In this document: positions 18,344 through 28,224 of the stretch, one piece after another | Layout: each line of letters opens with the position of its first letter | Numbering within the stretch: the stretch's first letter is position 1 | Assembly: GCA_963665325.3 (NCBI GenBank) | Contig: CAXXWS020000002.1 | Coordinates: 704,001 to 768,000 of the forward strand | DNA: 64,000 nucleotides | From: Alphaproteobacteria bacterium | Lineage (GTDB): Bacteria; Pseudomonadota; Alphaproteobacteria; Bin95 | Direction: 5' to 3' | Translations under genes and position numbers: made by a program | The notes under the pieces: generated by a model | Databases searched by the model: none | The model's input: only the letters and a program-made list of their open reading frames with translations | What the model was told of the DNA's origin: nothing

Positions 18344-19219
18344 TCAGGCGTGTCCGGGCACGATGTGCCGGGCGGGCGAGGGCCGGAAGGTCGCGCGCTT
18401 CAGCCAGCGGTTTTCCGTCGGGTCGAAATCGTCCCGCCGATGAAGCAGGAAGCCATTGTCCCAGAGCACGGTGTCGCCAACCTCCCAGTCATGCCGATAG
18501 ACGAAGCGGGGCTCGGTCGCATGCGCGATCAGGCGGTCGAGCAGGGCGCGACCCTCTCCCGCGTCCATGCCGTCTATCCCGGACATGGTGCCGGGGTCGA
18601 GATAGAGCGCCTTGCGCCCCGTCACCGGGTGGGTATGCACCAGCGGGTGGGTGACGTCGGGCGTGCGCCGGCGGATGTCGTCTTCCGCCATCTTGTCGAT
18701 TTCGCCGTAGCCGGCCACGCGCACGGCATAGCTGAAAACGCCCCGCCGCCCCTCGATCTCGGCCTTGAAGCCTTCGTCGAGCGCGTCGTAGGCGGCTTCG
18801 AGATTGGCCCAGCAGGTGGGTGCGCCGCCGGCCGGCGTCTCGACGCAGTAAAGCAGGGACCCCGTGGCCGGATTGGCCATGTAGGACTGGTCGGTATGCC
18901 AGGCGAGCTCGCCCTGGCCGATACCGCCGATGGTGTTGCCGCCGGGGCCTCGCATATTGGAGATGTAGGTGATCTCGGGCTGGTATTTCGACGCCCAGTC
19001 CTCCCGCACGATCAGCTCCAACGCGCCGAACCAGGAAGCGGCCTTCGCAAGCTCGGCTTCCGAGAGCGCCTGCCGGCGGAAAACCAGCACGCCGTGTGCG
19101 GCAAGCGCGGTATCCAGCGCCTCGCGGGTTTCCTCGTCCGGGTGCTCGTGCAGTGCCATGCCCTCCACGATCCTCGCGAAGCCGTTTTCGGCAGGTCTGA
19201 ATGTCAGCATGGCCGTCAA
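18344..19219 (-). CDS. TauD/TfdA family Fe(II)/2-oxoglutarate dioxygenase
   Basis: WHTD, HPLVHTHPVTGRKALY, HDWEVGD..WDN...HRR motifs. Confidence 0.9.
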   Translation of the reverse strand: MTAMLTFRPAENGFARIVEGMALHEHPDEETREALDTALAAHGVLVFRRQALSEAELAKAASWFGALELIVREDWASKYQPEITYISNMRGPGGNTIGGIGQGELAWHTDQSYMANPATGSLLYCVETPAGGAPTCWANLEAAYDALDEGFKAEIEGRRGVFSYAVRVAGYGEIDKMAEDDIRRRTPDVTHPLVHTHPVTGRKALYLDPGTMSGIDGMDAGEGRALLDRLIAHATEPRFVYRHDWEVGDTVLWDNGFLLHRRDDFDPTENRWLKRATFRPSPARHIVPGHA

Positions 19220-20157
19220 AGCTCCTTCAACAGCGCCTCGATATCGTCCGGGCTCTCGACCGCGACGCCGGACATCTCCCGGTCGATGCGCCTGACCAGC
19301 CCGGAGAGCACCTTGCCGGTGCCGAGCTCGACCACGCGGTCGATGTCGTTCTCGCGCATGAACATCATACTCTCCCGCCAGCGAACGGTCGCCGTCACCT
19401 GGCGCACGAGGAGGTCAGGCAGGTCGGCGGCGCCTTCCACCGGGCGCGCCGTCACATTGGCAACCAGCGGCACCGAAGGGTCTTCCATATCGACAGAGAC
19501 CAGGGCCTCCGCCATGGCGTCGGCGGCGGGTTGCAGCAGCGAGCAATGGAAGGGCGCACTTACATCGAGCATGATCGCCCGGCGCGCGCCCCGCGCCTTC
19601 GCCAGTTCCACCGCGCGTTCGACGGCAGCGCAGTCGCCGCTCACCACGACCTGGCCGGGAGCGTTGTCGTTGGCCGGATCGCAAACCTCGTTTTCTGCCG
19701 CCTCGCGGGCAACTTCCTCCACCTGCTCGAAATCGAGGCCGAGCAGCGCCGCCATTGCGCCGGCGCCTACAGGCACGGCGCTCTGCATCGACTGCCCGCG
19801 CAGCTTCAGAAGGCGCGCGGTATCGGCGAGCCGGAAAGCTCCGGCCGCAGTCAACGCCGAATACTCACCAAGCGAATGACCCGCCAGATAGAGGCAGGCC
19901 GAGGGCAGGGAAACGCCGCCCTCGCGCTCCAGCACCCGCATGACGGCCATGCTGTGCGCCATCAGCGCCGGCTGCGCGTTCTCCGTCAGGGTCAGTTCGT
20001 CGCCGGGGCCTTCGAACATCAGCCGCGAGAGACCTTGTCCGAGGGCGTCATCTACCTCCTCGAACACCTCCCGCGCGGCCGCCGAAGCCTCCGCCAGCGC
20101 CCGGCCCATGCCGACCGCCTGCGCCCCCTGTCCCGGAAAGACGAAAGCTCGTGCCAC
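19216..20157 (-). CDS. fabD: malonyl CoA-ACP transacylase
   Basis: FVFPGQG, GHSLGEY, VSAPFHC and VRWRES motifs. Confidence 0.95.
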   Translation of the reverse strand: MARAFVFPGQGAQAVGMGRALAEASAAAREVFEEVDDALGQGLSRLMFEGPGDELTLTENAQPALMAHSMAVMRVLEREGGVSLPSACLYLAGHSLGEYSALTAAGAFRLADTARLLKLRGQSMQSAVPVGAGAMAALLGLDFEQVEEVAREAAENEVCDPANDNAPGQVVVSGDCAAVERAVELAKARGARRAIMLDVSAPFHCSLLQPAADAMAEALVSVDMEDPSVPLVANVTARPVEGAADLPDLLVRQVTATVRWRESMMFMRENDIDRVVELGTGKVLSGLVRRIDREMSGVAVESPDDIEALLKEL

Positions 20158-20303
20158 GAACCCCTCCCGATGCCCGGTCAACGAAGTGCAATCAAGGCGG
20201 GGCCGCAGAGAGTGTCAAGGGCGCATTCCGGCGGCTTGCGCGCATTGCGGGTTCGTGTATAACCCCGGCCCCAGTGCAACTTTCGGGACGAAACGCATCG
20301 GCA

Positions 20304-20735
20304 ATGGCTCTTTACGAGAATGTCTTCATAGCGCGTCAGGACATGTCGCCCGCACAGGTGGAGACCCTGGCGGACGAATATGTGTCCGTCATGGAGTCCC
20401 TCGGCGGCAAGGTCGAGAAGCGCGAACATTGGGGCCTCAAGACCCTGGCTTACCGGATCAAGAAGAACCGCAAGGGCCATTACGTCCTCTTCAATTTCGA
20501 TACGAACGGCGACGCGGTGGCTGAACTCGAGCGGCGGATGCGCCTGTCGGAAGACGTGCTGCGGTACCTGACCGTGCGGATCGAGGCCGTCGACGAGCGG
20601 CCTTCCGTGATGCTTCAGGCCCGGCCGCGCGACGACCGCGGCCGGCGCGACGCGCGCCCGCGCCGGGATACCGAGGAGAGGAAACCGGAAGGCGCCGGCG
20701 AGCAGCCTGCCGCCGCAGTGGAGGCCGCCCAATGA
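20304..20735 (+). CDS. rpsF: 30S ribosomal protein S6
   Basis: [25 protein letters not shown] and EDVLRYL motifs. Confidence 0.97.
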   Translation: MALYENVFIARQDMSPAQVETLADEYVSVMESLGGKVEKREHWGLKTLAYRIKKNRKGHYVLFNFDTNGDAVAELERRMRLSEDVLRYLTVRIEAVDERPSVMLQARPRDDRGRRDARPRRDTEERKPEGAGEQPAAAVEAAQ

Positions 20736-20968
20736 ACGCTGCACCGCGCCGCCCCTTTTTCCGACGCCGCAAGAGCTGCCCCTTCTCCGGGCCCAATGCG
20801 CCCGAGATCGACTACAAGGATGTGAAGCTGATGCAGCGGTTCCTGTCGGAACGCGGCAAGATCGTGCCCAGCCGCATTACCGCCGTCTCGGCAAAGAAAC
20901 AGCGCGAACTGGCGCAGGCGATCAAGCGTGCGCGCTTCATGGCGCTGTTGCCCTACGTCGTAAAGTAG
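20732..20968 (+). CDS. rpsR: 30S ribosomal protein S18
   Basis: [18 protein letters not shown] and [13 protein letters not shown] motifs. Confidence 0.98.
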   Translation: MNAAPRRPFFRRRKSCPFSGPNAPEIDYKDVKLMQRFLSERGKIVPSRITAVSAKKQRELAQAIKRARFMALLPYVVK

Positions 20969-20996
20969 GTCCAGGACTGCCGCCCGCGCGGATTGG

Positions 20997-21938
20997 ATGG
21001 GAAAGGATCTCATCCTCCTGACCGTCGGCGGGCTGGCCGCAGGCGCGCTCTTCGGTTCCATCGTCGCCGGCTCTCTGGGTGCGGCCCTGCTGGCCTATTT
21101 CGCCGCAGCGCCGCTGTTCCTTGTGGGCCTGTCCCTGGGTTGGCTGCCGGTTGTCGCCTCGGCACTCGTCGGCGCGGCTGTGGTGGCCGGGATCGTCGGT
21201 TTTTTCGCTGCCGGCTATTTCGCTCTCATTATCGGCCTTCCAGTAGCCGTGTTGTGCCGACAGGCCCTGCTGAACCGCACCGACGGGCGGGGCGGTGTCG
21301 AATGGTATCCGCCCGGTCGCCTCGTCGCGGCGCTCACCGCCATGGCGGCTGCAGCTCTCCTGGCGATGTTCTCCGTCGCCGTTCTCGAAGGCGTGGATCC
21401 GCGACAGGAAGTGCAGCAGACGATCGAGGCGGTTCTGGACGCCGGGATGCCGCCCGAAATCGCCGAGCGCGCCAAGGAACAGGGTCTGGCAGTGCGGGCG
21501 GCATCCTTCCTGCCGGGCATTGCCGCGGCGCTGCTTTTCCTGACACTGGCGCTGGACGGCGTGCTCGGCCAGGCCATCGCCGCGCGCCTGAGTATCGCGA
21601 GGCGCCCCTCGCCTCCGTGGCGCGATATGACGCTGCCGGCCTGGCCGTTGTACGCGCTCGGCCTTTCCTGTCTTGCCGGGATTGCCGCAAGCGGAGCGCT
21701 GGAGTATATCGGCCGCAATCTGGCTATCGTCTTCGCCGTTCCGTTCCTGCTGCAGGGGCTTGCTGTCGTCCATGCCGTGGCGGCCCGGCTGCCGGGGCGG
21801 ACGGTCTGGCTGGTCGGTTTCTATCTGCTGGGGCTCCTGATGGCCTGGCCATTCGTGCTGGTCGCAGCGCTGGGCCTTGCGGAGCCTTATGTCGGTCTGC
21901 GCGCCCGTTTCGGGGGCGGTCCGAAGGAGAGTGAGTAA
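20997..21938 (+). CDS. DUF2232 (YybS-like) membrane protein
   Basis: Multi-TM protein with EWYPPGRL and LQGLAVVH, in the conserved position between rpsR and rplI. Confidence 0.85.
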   Translation: MGKDLILLTVGGLAAGALFGSIVAGSLGAALLAYFAAAPLFLVGLSLGWLPVVASALVGAAVVAGIVGFFAAGYFALIIGLPVAVLCRQALLNRTDGRGGVEWYPPGRLVAALTAMAAAALLAMFSVAVLEGVDPRQEVQQTIEAVLDAGMPPEIAERAKEQGLAVRAASFLPGIAAALLFLTLALDGVLGQAIAARLSIARRPSPPWRDMTLPAWPLYALGLSCLAGIAASGALEYIGRNLAIVFAVPFLLQGLAVVHAVAARLPGRTVWLVGFYLLGLLMAWPFVLVAALGLAEPYVGLRARFGGGPKESE

Positions 21939-22564
21939 TGGAGCTGGTCCTTCTCGAACGGGTCGAGAGCTTGGGGCTGATGGGCGATATCGTCACGGTC
22001 AAGCCCGGATACGCGCGGAACTACCTGCTGCCCCAGAAGAAGGCGCTGCGCGCGACGCCCGAGAACATGGCCGTTTTCGAGACGCGCCGCGCGGAGCTGG
22101 AAGCACGCAACCTGGAGCGGAAGGGTGAGGCCGAAGGTGTTGCCGGGAAGCTGGAAGGCTTCAGCGTCACGCTGATCCGCCGCGCCGGCGACACCGGACA
22201 TCTCTACGGGTCGGTCACGGTGCGCGACATCGCCGAGGCGGCCAGCGAGGCGGGCGTCGAGATCGATCGTCGGCAATTGCGGCTCGCGCAACCGATCAAG
22301 TCGCTCGGCCTGCACGATATCGCGGTCCAACTGCATCCTGAGGTCCAGGTACCGATCACCGCCAATGTCGCCCGCACGCTCGATGAGGCGGAGGCGCAGG
22401 CGCGCGGCGAGGATGTGCTGGCGATGGACGACGAGGACGCTTATCGTTTCGAGAGCGGACTGTCGGAGTTCTTCGACGACGGCGGATCGGAGCGCGACGG
22501 AGAGGCCCGGGCTGAAGCCGGCGAGGCCGAACCGGCCGGGGAAGAACCGGGCGAGGTAAGCTAG
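21938..22564 (+). CDS. rplI: 50S ribosomal protein L9
   Basis: VKPGYARNYLLPQKKA, LYGSV and PIKSLG motifs. Confidence 0.97.
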   Translation: MELVLLERVESLGLMGDIVTVKPGYARNYLLPQKKALRATPENMAVFETRRAELEARNLERKGEAEGVAGKLEGFSVTLIRRAGDTGHLYGSVTVRDIAEAASEAGVEIDRRQLRLAQPIKSLGLHDIAVQLHPEVQVPITANVARTLDEAEAQARGEDVLAMDDEDAYRFESGLSEFFDDGGSERDGEARAEAGEAEPAGEEPGEVS

Positions 22565-22615
22565 GGGTTCGTTGCCCGCTGGCTGCGGCGGGAGGCGGGA
22601 GGGAGAGCAGGGCCG

Positions 22616-23818
22616 ATGCTGTTCGCGCCGTTGTTACGCCGGCTCGTCAAATTCGGTACGCTGACCGTAATAGACCCGCGCGGCGGCTCACACAGCATAG
22701 AAGGCGCGGGCGGGCCTTCGGTCGCCATCCGCCTGCACGATAGCTCGGTGAGCCGGGGGTTGATCCGCAATCCGGCTCTTGCCATTGGCGAGGCCTATAT
22801 GTCCGGGCGGCTGACGGTTGAGCAGGGCACGCTGTTCGATTTCCTCACCATTCTGGTGGTCAACCGCCGCGAGGCCCTTCTCGGTCGTTCCAAGGGTCCT
22901 GCGGCCATCGGGCGAAAGCTCATGGGCCGGTTGCGGACGCACAACCCGGTTGGCACGGCGCGTCGCAAGGTATCGCACCATTACGACCTGAAGCCGGAAC
23001 TGTTCGATCTGTTCCTGGACAGCGACCGTCAATATAGCTGCGCCTATTTCGCCTCGGACAATGACGACATCGAGACGGCGCAGCGGCGCAAGAAGACGCA
23101 TCTTGCGGCGAAGCTGCTGCCGCGTCCGGGGGACCGGGTTCTGGACATCGGCTCGGGCTGGGGCGGTCTGGGGCTTTATCTGGCGCAGGAAGCGGACGTG
23201 GATGTGACGGGCGTGACGCTCAGCCACGAGCAGCATGAGCTGTCGAACGCGCGCGCGGCGGAGGCGGGGTTATCGGAGCGTGTGCGCTTCAAGCTGCAGG
23301 ACTACCGGGAGGAGACGGGCCGCTACGAGCGGATCGTTTCGGTGGGGATGCTGGAGCATGTGGGTCTGGGGCATTATCGCGAGTTTTTCGGGAAGGTTCG
23401 CGATCTGCTGACGGATGACGGCGTTGCGGTTGTGCACACCATCGGCCGCTACGACACGCCGGGCCCGGTCAACCCGTGGATCGCCCGCTACATCTTTCCG
23501 GGCACCTATGTGCCGACGCTTTCGGAGCTGATGCCCGCGATAGAGGAGCAAAACCTTCTGGTGACGGACATAGAGGTATTGAAACGCCACTATGCGAAGA
23601 CGCTCAGGGCGTGGCGGGACCGTTTCGTTTCGAACCGGGACCGGGCTCGCGCGATGTATGACGAGCGTTTCTGCCGTATGTGGGAGTTCTACCTCACTGC
23701 CTGCGAGGTCGGCTTCCTGTCGAAGGAGCTCAATGTCTTCCAGATCCAGCTTGCAAAGGATCTGGATGCGGTGCCGGAGACGCGGGACTATATCCACGCC
23801 TTCGAGGCGGCGCACTGA
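22616..23818 (+). CDS. cfa: cyclopropane-fatty-acyl-phospholipid synthase family SAM methyltransferase (copy 1)
   Basis: HHYDL, QYSCAYF, LDIGSGWG, VSVGMLEHVG, YIFPG and RMWEFYL motifs. Confidence 0.9.
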   Translation: MLFAPLLRRLVKFGTLTVIDPRGGSHSIEGAGGPSVAIRLHDSSVSRGLIRNPALAIGEAYMSGRLTVEQGTLFDFLTILVVNRREALLGRSKGPAAIGRKLMGRLRTHNPVGTARRKVSHHYDLKPELFDLFLDSDRQYSCAYFASDNDDIETAQRRKKTHLAAKLLPRPGDRVLDIGSGWGGLGLYLAQEADVDVTGVTLSHEQHELSNARAAEAGLSERVRFKLQDYREETGRYERIVSVGMLEHVGLGHYREFFGKVRDLLTDDGVAVVHTIGRYDTPGPVNPWIARYIFPGTYVPTLSELMPAIEEQNLLVTDIEVLKRHYAKTLRAWRDRFVSNRDRARAMYDERFCRMWEFYLTACEVGFLSKELNVFQIQLAKDLDAVPETRDYIHAFEAAH

Positions 23819-23869
23819 CGGGCGCCGGGATGGCCTAGCGCGGCCGGAAAGCCGGGGAGGGCACGGCTC

Positions 23870-25072
23870 ATGCTCTATCTGCCGTTTTTGCGCCGGTTCG
23901 TCGAAGTCGGGGTGCTGACGGTCATCGACTCGAACGGCGCCGCACACCGTCTGGAAGGCGGGGAAGGCCCGTCGGCGACAGTGCGCCTGCACGACGCTTC
24001 AGTCGCGCGCGCCATGTTCCGGAATCCGGCGCTTGCTGTTGGCGAGGCCTATATGGACGGGCGCCTGACGGTCGAGGAGGGCACGCTGTTCGACTTCCTC
24101 ACCATCGCTCTTGTCAATCAGCGCCGCGCTCGGCTACGGAGCGATTCCGGTGTCCTGGACTTCGCACGAAGGCTTATGGGCCGGTTGCGGACGCATAACC
24201 CGGTTGGCGCGGCGCGTCGCAAGGTATCGCACCATTACGACCTGAAGCCGGAACTGTTCGATCTGTTCCTGGACAGCGACCGTCAATATAGCTGCGCCTA
24301 TTTCGCATCCGACAACGATGACATCGAGACGGCGCAGCGGCGCAAGAAGACGCATCTTGCGGCGAAGCTGCTGCTGCGTTCGGGGGACCGTGTTCTGGAC
24401 ATCGGCTCGGGCTGGGGCGGTCTGGGGCTTTATCTGGCGCAGGAAGCGGACGTCGATGTGACGGGCGTGACGCTCAGCCACGAGCAGTATGAGCTTTCGA
24501 ATGCGCGTGCGGTGGAGGCCGGCCTTTCCGAGCGGGTTCGATTCGGGCTCCGGGACTACCGCGAGGAGACGGGCCGTTACGAGCGGATCGTTTCGGTGGG
24601 GATGCTGGAGCATGTGGGTCTGGGCCACTACCGGGAGTTTTTCGGGAAGGTCCGGGAGCTTTTGACGGACGACGGGGTTGCGGTTGTGCACACCATTGGC
24701 CGCTATGACATGCTTGGCCCGGTCAACCCCTGGATTACTCGCTACATTTTTCCGGGCGGATACCTGCCGACCCTCTCGGAACTGATGCCTGCAATAGAGG
24801 AGCAAAACCTTCTGGTGACGGACATAGAGGTATTGAAGCGCCACTATGCGAGGACGCTCAGGGCGTGGCGGAACCGTTTCGTTTCGAACTGGGACAAGGC
24901 GCGCGCGATGTATGACGAGCGCTTCTGCCGTATGTGGGAGTTCTACCTCGCCTCCTGCGAGGTCGGTTTCATGCACAATATCGTGACCGTATTCCAGATC
25001 CAGCTTGCGAAAGACCCGGACGCCGTGCCGGAGACGCGGGACTACATTCACGACTACGAGGCCGCGCACTGA
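23870..25072 (+). CDS. cfa: cyclopropane-fatty-acyl-phospholipid synthase family SAM methyltransferase (copy 2)
   Basis: Same motifs; near-identical paralog of the preceding gene. Confidence 0.9.
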   Translation: MLYLPFLRRFVEVGVLTVIDSNGAAHRLEGGEGPSATVRLHDASVARAMFRNPALAVGEAYMDGRLTVEEGTLFDFLTIALVNQRRARLRSDSGVLDFARRLMGRLRTHNPVGAARRKVSHHYDLKPELFDLFLDSDRQYSCAYFASDNDDIETAQRRKKTHLAAKLLLRSGDRVLDIGSGWGGLGLYLAQEADVDVTGVTLSHEQYELSNARAVEAGLSERVRFGLRDYREETGRYERIVSVGMLEHVGLGHYREFFGKVRELLTDDGVAVVHTIGRYDMLGPVNPWITRYIFPGGYLPTLSELMPAIEEQNLLVTDIEVLKRHYARTLRAWRNRFVSNWDKARAMYDERFCRMWEFYLASCEVGFMHNIVTVFQIQLAKDPDAVPETRDYIHDYEAAH

Positions 25073-25515
25073 TGGATGCCGGGCAGATGGCGAGCGCTGC
25101 CGATGCGCTGGCCCGGCGCGTCTCCGACGCCATGTACGGGCAGGACGATGCGTCGCGGAATCTCGGCATCCGGCTGGAGGCGGTCGGCGCCGGCTGGGCC
25201 CGCATGTCGATGCCGGTGACCGACAACATGCTGAACGGCCATCGCGTTTGCCACGGCGGCTACATCTTTTCGCTCGCCGATTCGGCCATGGCCTTCGCGA
25301 GCAACAGCCGCAACCGGGTCTCCGTGGCGCAATTCTGCTCCATTACCTTCCTGCGTCCCGGCCGGGCGGGCTGCCTGCTGTTGGCCGAGGCGCGGGAGCA
25401 GGCGGACGCCGGGCGCACCGGCATGTATGCCGTCGAGGTGCGTGAGGACGGCGGCGAGGTCCTCGCCGTGTTCTCGGGCGCGGTCCGCCGCCTGGGGGAA
25501 CGAACCATCGTCTGA
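25072..25515 (+). CDS. paaI: hydroxyphenylacetyl-CoA thioesterase PaaI family
   Basis: MLNGHRVCHGGYIFSLADSA.AFASNS hot-dog motif. Confidence 0.85.
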   Translation: MDAGQMASAADALARRVSDAMYGQDDASRNLGIRLEAVGAGWARMSMPVTDNMLNGHRVCHGGYIFSLADSAMAFASNSRNRVSVAQFCSITFLRPGRAGCLLLAEAREQADAGRTGMYAVEVREDGGEVLAVFSGAVRRLGERTIV

Positions 25516-25533
25516 AGGCTGCGGCTCCGCGTT

Positions 25534-26661
25534 TCAGCCGCCGCCGAGCAAAGGCCCGGCCTTGGGCTTGCGACGTTTCTCGCCCTTCAGGAACAGCGGC
25601 GCAGCCAGTGCCAGAGATGCGCCCGTTTCCGGGTCGTCGCAGGGGATGAGCGCGCCGCTCTCCCGCATCTGAGCATCGTTCGGGATGTCGGCGAGTGTGC
25701 CGATCTCGCCGAAACTGACGGCATGGCGGACGAGGATTTCGCGCCAGTCCGGCCAGTCGCGAGCGGCGAAGACGGCGTCGAGATCGGCGATCAGCGCGTG
25801 GCGGTTGGCGACCCGCGCCGGCCGGTCCCGGTAGCGCGGATCGTCGAGCCATTCCGGCTTGCCGAGTGCAGCGACCAGCTTCGGCCAGTTCCGGTCCTCG
25901 GGTAGGAGCACGAGGTGGAACCAGCGGCCGTCGCCGCAACGGTAGAGGTTGTGCAGCGCGTTGGCGGCATCCTCGCGGGACGGGCGCCGCTTGTGCTCCG
26001 CGCCACACAGGATGGCGCTGGTCTGGAAGGCGTTCCACCAGAGGCCGTTCGCCATGAGGTTGGTCGAGACGGCGCCGCCCTTGCCCGTTCGCTCGCGCCG
26101 GTAGAGCGCCATCATCACGGTGGCGAAGAGCGTCATCGCAGTCGGGTGGTCGCCCATGCCGGGGAGCGAACGCGCGGGCGGTGCATCGGGCGCGGGCCGC
26201 ACCATGTCCATAAGGCCGCTGCGCGCCCAGAGCGCCGTCGAGTCGAACCCGGTGCGTGCGGCTTCGGGGCCGGTCTCGCCATAGGCGGTAACTGAGGCAT
26301 AGATCAGCCGCTCGTTCAGCGGCAGCAGGTCCTCATCGCGGATGCCGAGCCGTGCGCGCGTTCCGAGCGGCGAGTTGGTGATGAAGACATCCGCTTCGCC
26401 CACCATGTCGTATAGCCGCACCCGGTCCCCGTCCTGCTTCAGGTCCAGCACGACACTCCGCTTGTGCCGGTTGTCCATGTTGAAAGGATAGTTGAACGGC
26501 GTGGGCGGATTGCCGGGCGCCCCCACGGACTGCCGAAACGGGTCGCCGTCGGGCGGCTCGACCTTCACCACGTCGGCGCCGAACTCGCCTAGAATCATCG
26601 CGGCCGCTGGACCGGCAATAAAAGTCGCCGCCTCGATAACCCTGATCCCGTCGAGCAGCAC
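25534..26661 (-). CDS. CaiB/BaiF family III CoA transferase
   Basis: LDGIRV, AGP..GADVVKVEPP.GDP.R, NRHKRS..LDLK and GFD motifs. Confidence 0.9.
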   Translation of the reverse strand: MLLDGIRVIEAATFIAGPAAAMILGEFGADVVKVEPPDGDPFRQSVGAPGNPPTPFNYPFNMDNRHKRSVVLDLKQDGDRVRLYDMVGEADVFITNSPLGTRARLGIRDEDLLPLNERLIYASVTAYGETGPEAARTGFDSTALWARSGLMDMVRPAPDAPPARSLPGMGDHPTAMTLFATVMMALYRRERTGKGGAVSTNLMANGLWWNAFQTSAILCGAEHKRRPSREDAANALHNLYRCGDGRWFHLVLLPEDRNWPKLVAALGKPEWLDDPRYRDRPARVANRHALIADLDAVFAARDWPDWREILVRHAVSFGEIGTLADIPNDAQMRESGALIPCDDPETGASLALAAPLFLKGEKRRKPKAGPLLGGG

Positions 26662-26839
26662 GGAACCTCTCCTCTCATCAACGCCACCGGCGCCATTTGG
26701 TCGGCCACCTGGGGAAACTAACCCGACGCCGCCGGAGGGGAACCGACGTTGTACGGGAGCATTTGTCGCAAGCCATGGAGTTAGGGGTGACAGATTGGAT
26801 AGGATTACCTGCCGAATCTTGGTCGGGAGGGACAAAGTC

Positions 26840-27733
26840 GTGGCGCGGGCGGAAGCGAACGGGATCGAAATCGAATACGAGCTTCGGGGGCCGGCGGACG
26901 GCGAGCCGATCCTGATGATCGGCGGGCTCGGCATGCAGCTCATCTCCTGGCCGGACGCGCTGATCGACGGGCTCGGCGAGGCGGGCTTCCGGCCCATCCT
27001 GTTCGACAACCGCGACTGCGGGCTTTCCACGCGCTTCGAGGAGGCCGGACTTGCGAATATCGGCCGGGCCTTCAAGCAGGCTCGGGCGGGCGAGCCCGTG
27101 GACGCCCCCTATGCCATCGAGGATATGGCCGACGATGCGGCAGGGCTACTGGATGCGCTCGGCATCGGGGCGGCGCACATCTATGGCAGCTCCAATGGCG
27201 GGGCCATCGCGCAGCTGGTGGCGATTCGCTATCCGGCGAAGACGAAATCCCTGGTCTCCGTCATGGCGACTTCGGGCCGCCGGGGATTGCCGCGGCCGAG
27301 CAAGGCGGCTTCGGATTGGCTGAACGCACCGCGCCCGGCGGATATCGACCGCGAGACCTTCATGGAATTCGCCTGGGAGCAGAACCGGATCATGGGCTCG
27401 CCAGGCTATCCGCGCGACGAGGCCGGCATTAGGGCCCGCGCCGGCGCGCTGTACGACCGCGCCTATTATCCCCCCGGCCACAGCCGGCACCTGTTGGCGA
27501 GCATCGCTTCCGGCGACAGCCGCTGCGCCGCGCTCGGCGGCATCGCGGCGCCCACGGTCGTCATCCACGGTGCCGACGACCCGCTGGTCCCTGTAGGGCA
27601 GGGCGAGGACGTGAAGAACTCGATCCCCGGCGCGCGCATGGTCGTCATCGACGGCATGGGCCACGACGTGCCCGACGGCGCGGCGCCGCTGGTCGTCGAG
27701 GCGGTGGCCGGGAACGCCCGGCGCGTGGGCTGA
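26840..27733 (+). CDS. alpha/beta fold hydrolase
   Basis: FDNRDCGLS, GSSNGG nucleophile elbow, HGADDPL and GMGH. Confidence 0.9.
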   Translation: MARAEANGIEIEYELRGPADGEPILMIGGLGMQLISWPDALIDGLGEAGFRPILFDNRDCGLSTRFEEAGLANIGRAFKQARAGEPVDAPYAIEDMADDAAGLLDALGIGAAHIYGSSNGGAIAQLVAIRYPAKTKSLVSVMATSGRRGLPRPSKAASDWLNAPRPADIDRETFMEFAWEQNRIMGSPGYPRDEAGIRARAGALYDRAYYPPGHSRHLLASIASGDSRCAALGGIAAPTVVIHGADDPLVPVGQGEDVKNSIPGARMVVIDGMGHDVPDGAAPLVVEAVAGNARRVG

Positions 27734-27737
27734 CGGC

Positions 27738-28220
27738 TTAGAAGGCCAGCGCCCGGCGCATCAGGTCGAGCGCGGCTTCGGCGAAACGCCACATATTGGC
27801 CTCGCGGTCGGCATCGCCCGTTTCCAGCGTCTCGGCGAAGTCGATGGCGCCGGAGACCGCGAGGCAGCTATGCCCCGGCGCGTCGCCGTAGCGGTTGCCG
27901 TCCGGTCCGGCCGCGCCTGTCTCCGCGAGGCCCCAGTCCGTGCCGAAGATGGTTCGGGCGCGGCGCGACAGCAATTGCGCATAGGGTTCGGACGAAGACC
28001 GGATGCCGCGCATGTCGGCCTCGCCGATCCGCGCCAGCTCGCTCCGCGCGGCCTGCGTGTAGATCACGCCGCCGCCCTGGTAGTAGCGGCTGGCCCCCGG
28101 CACGGCGAGCAGCGCCGCCGACACCAGGCCGCCGGAAGAGCTCTCGAAAATGGCGATCGTCTCGCCGCGTTCCTTCAGCTTCGCGCCGATCTCTGCGGCC
28201 ATGCCTTCCAGTCGGGCCAT
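27738..28220 (-). CDS. CinA C-terminal/PncC-like protein
   Basis: ESSSGGLVSAALLAVPGASRYY and ETGAAGP motifs. Confidence 0.85.
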   Translation of the reverse strand: MARLEGMAAEIGAKLKERGETIAIFESSSGGLVSAALLAVPGASRYYQGGGVIYTQAARSELARIGEADMRGIRSSSEPYAQLLSRRARTIFGTDWGLAETGAAGPDGNRYGDAPGHSCLAVSGAIDFAETLETGDADREANMWRFAEAALDLMRRALAF

Positions 28221-28224
28221 GTCC

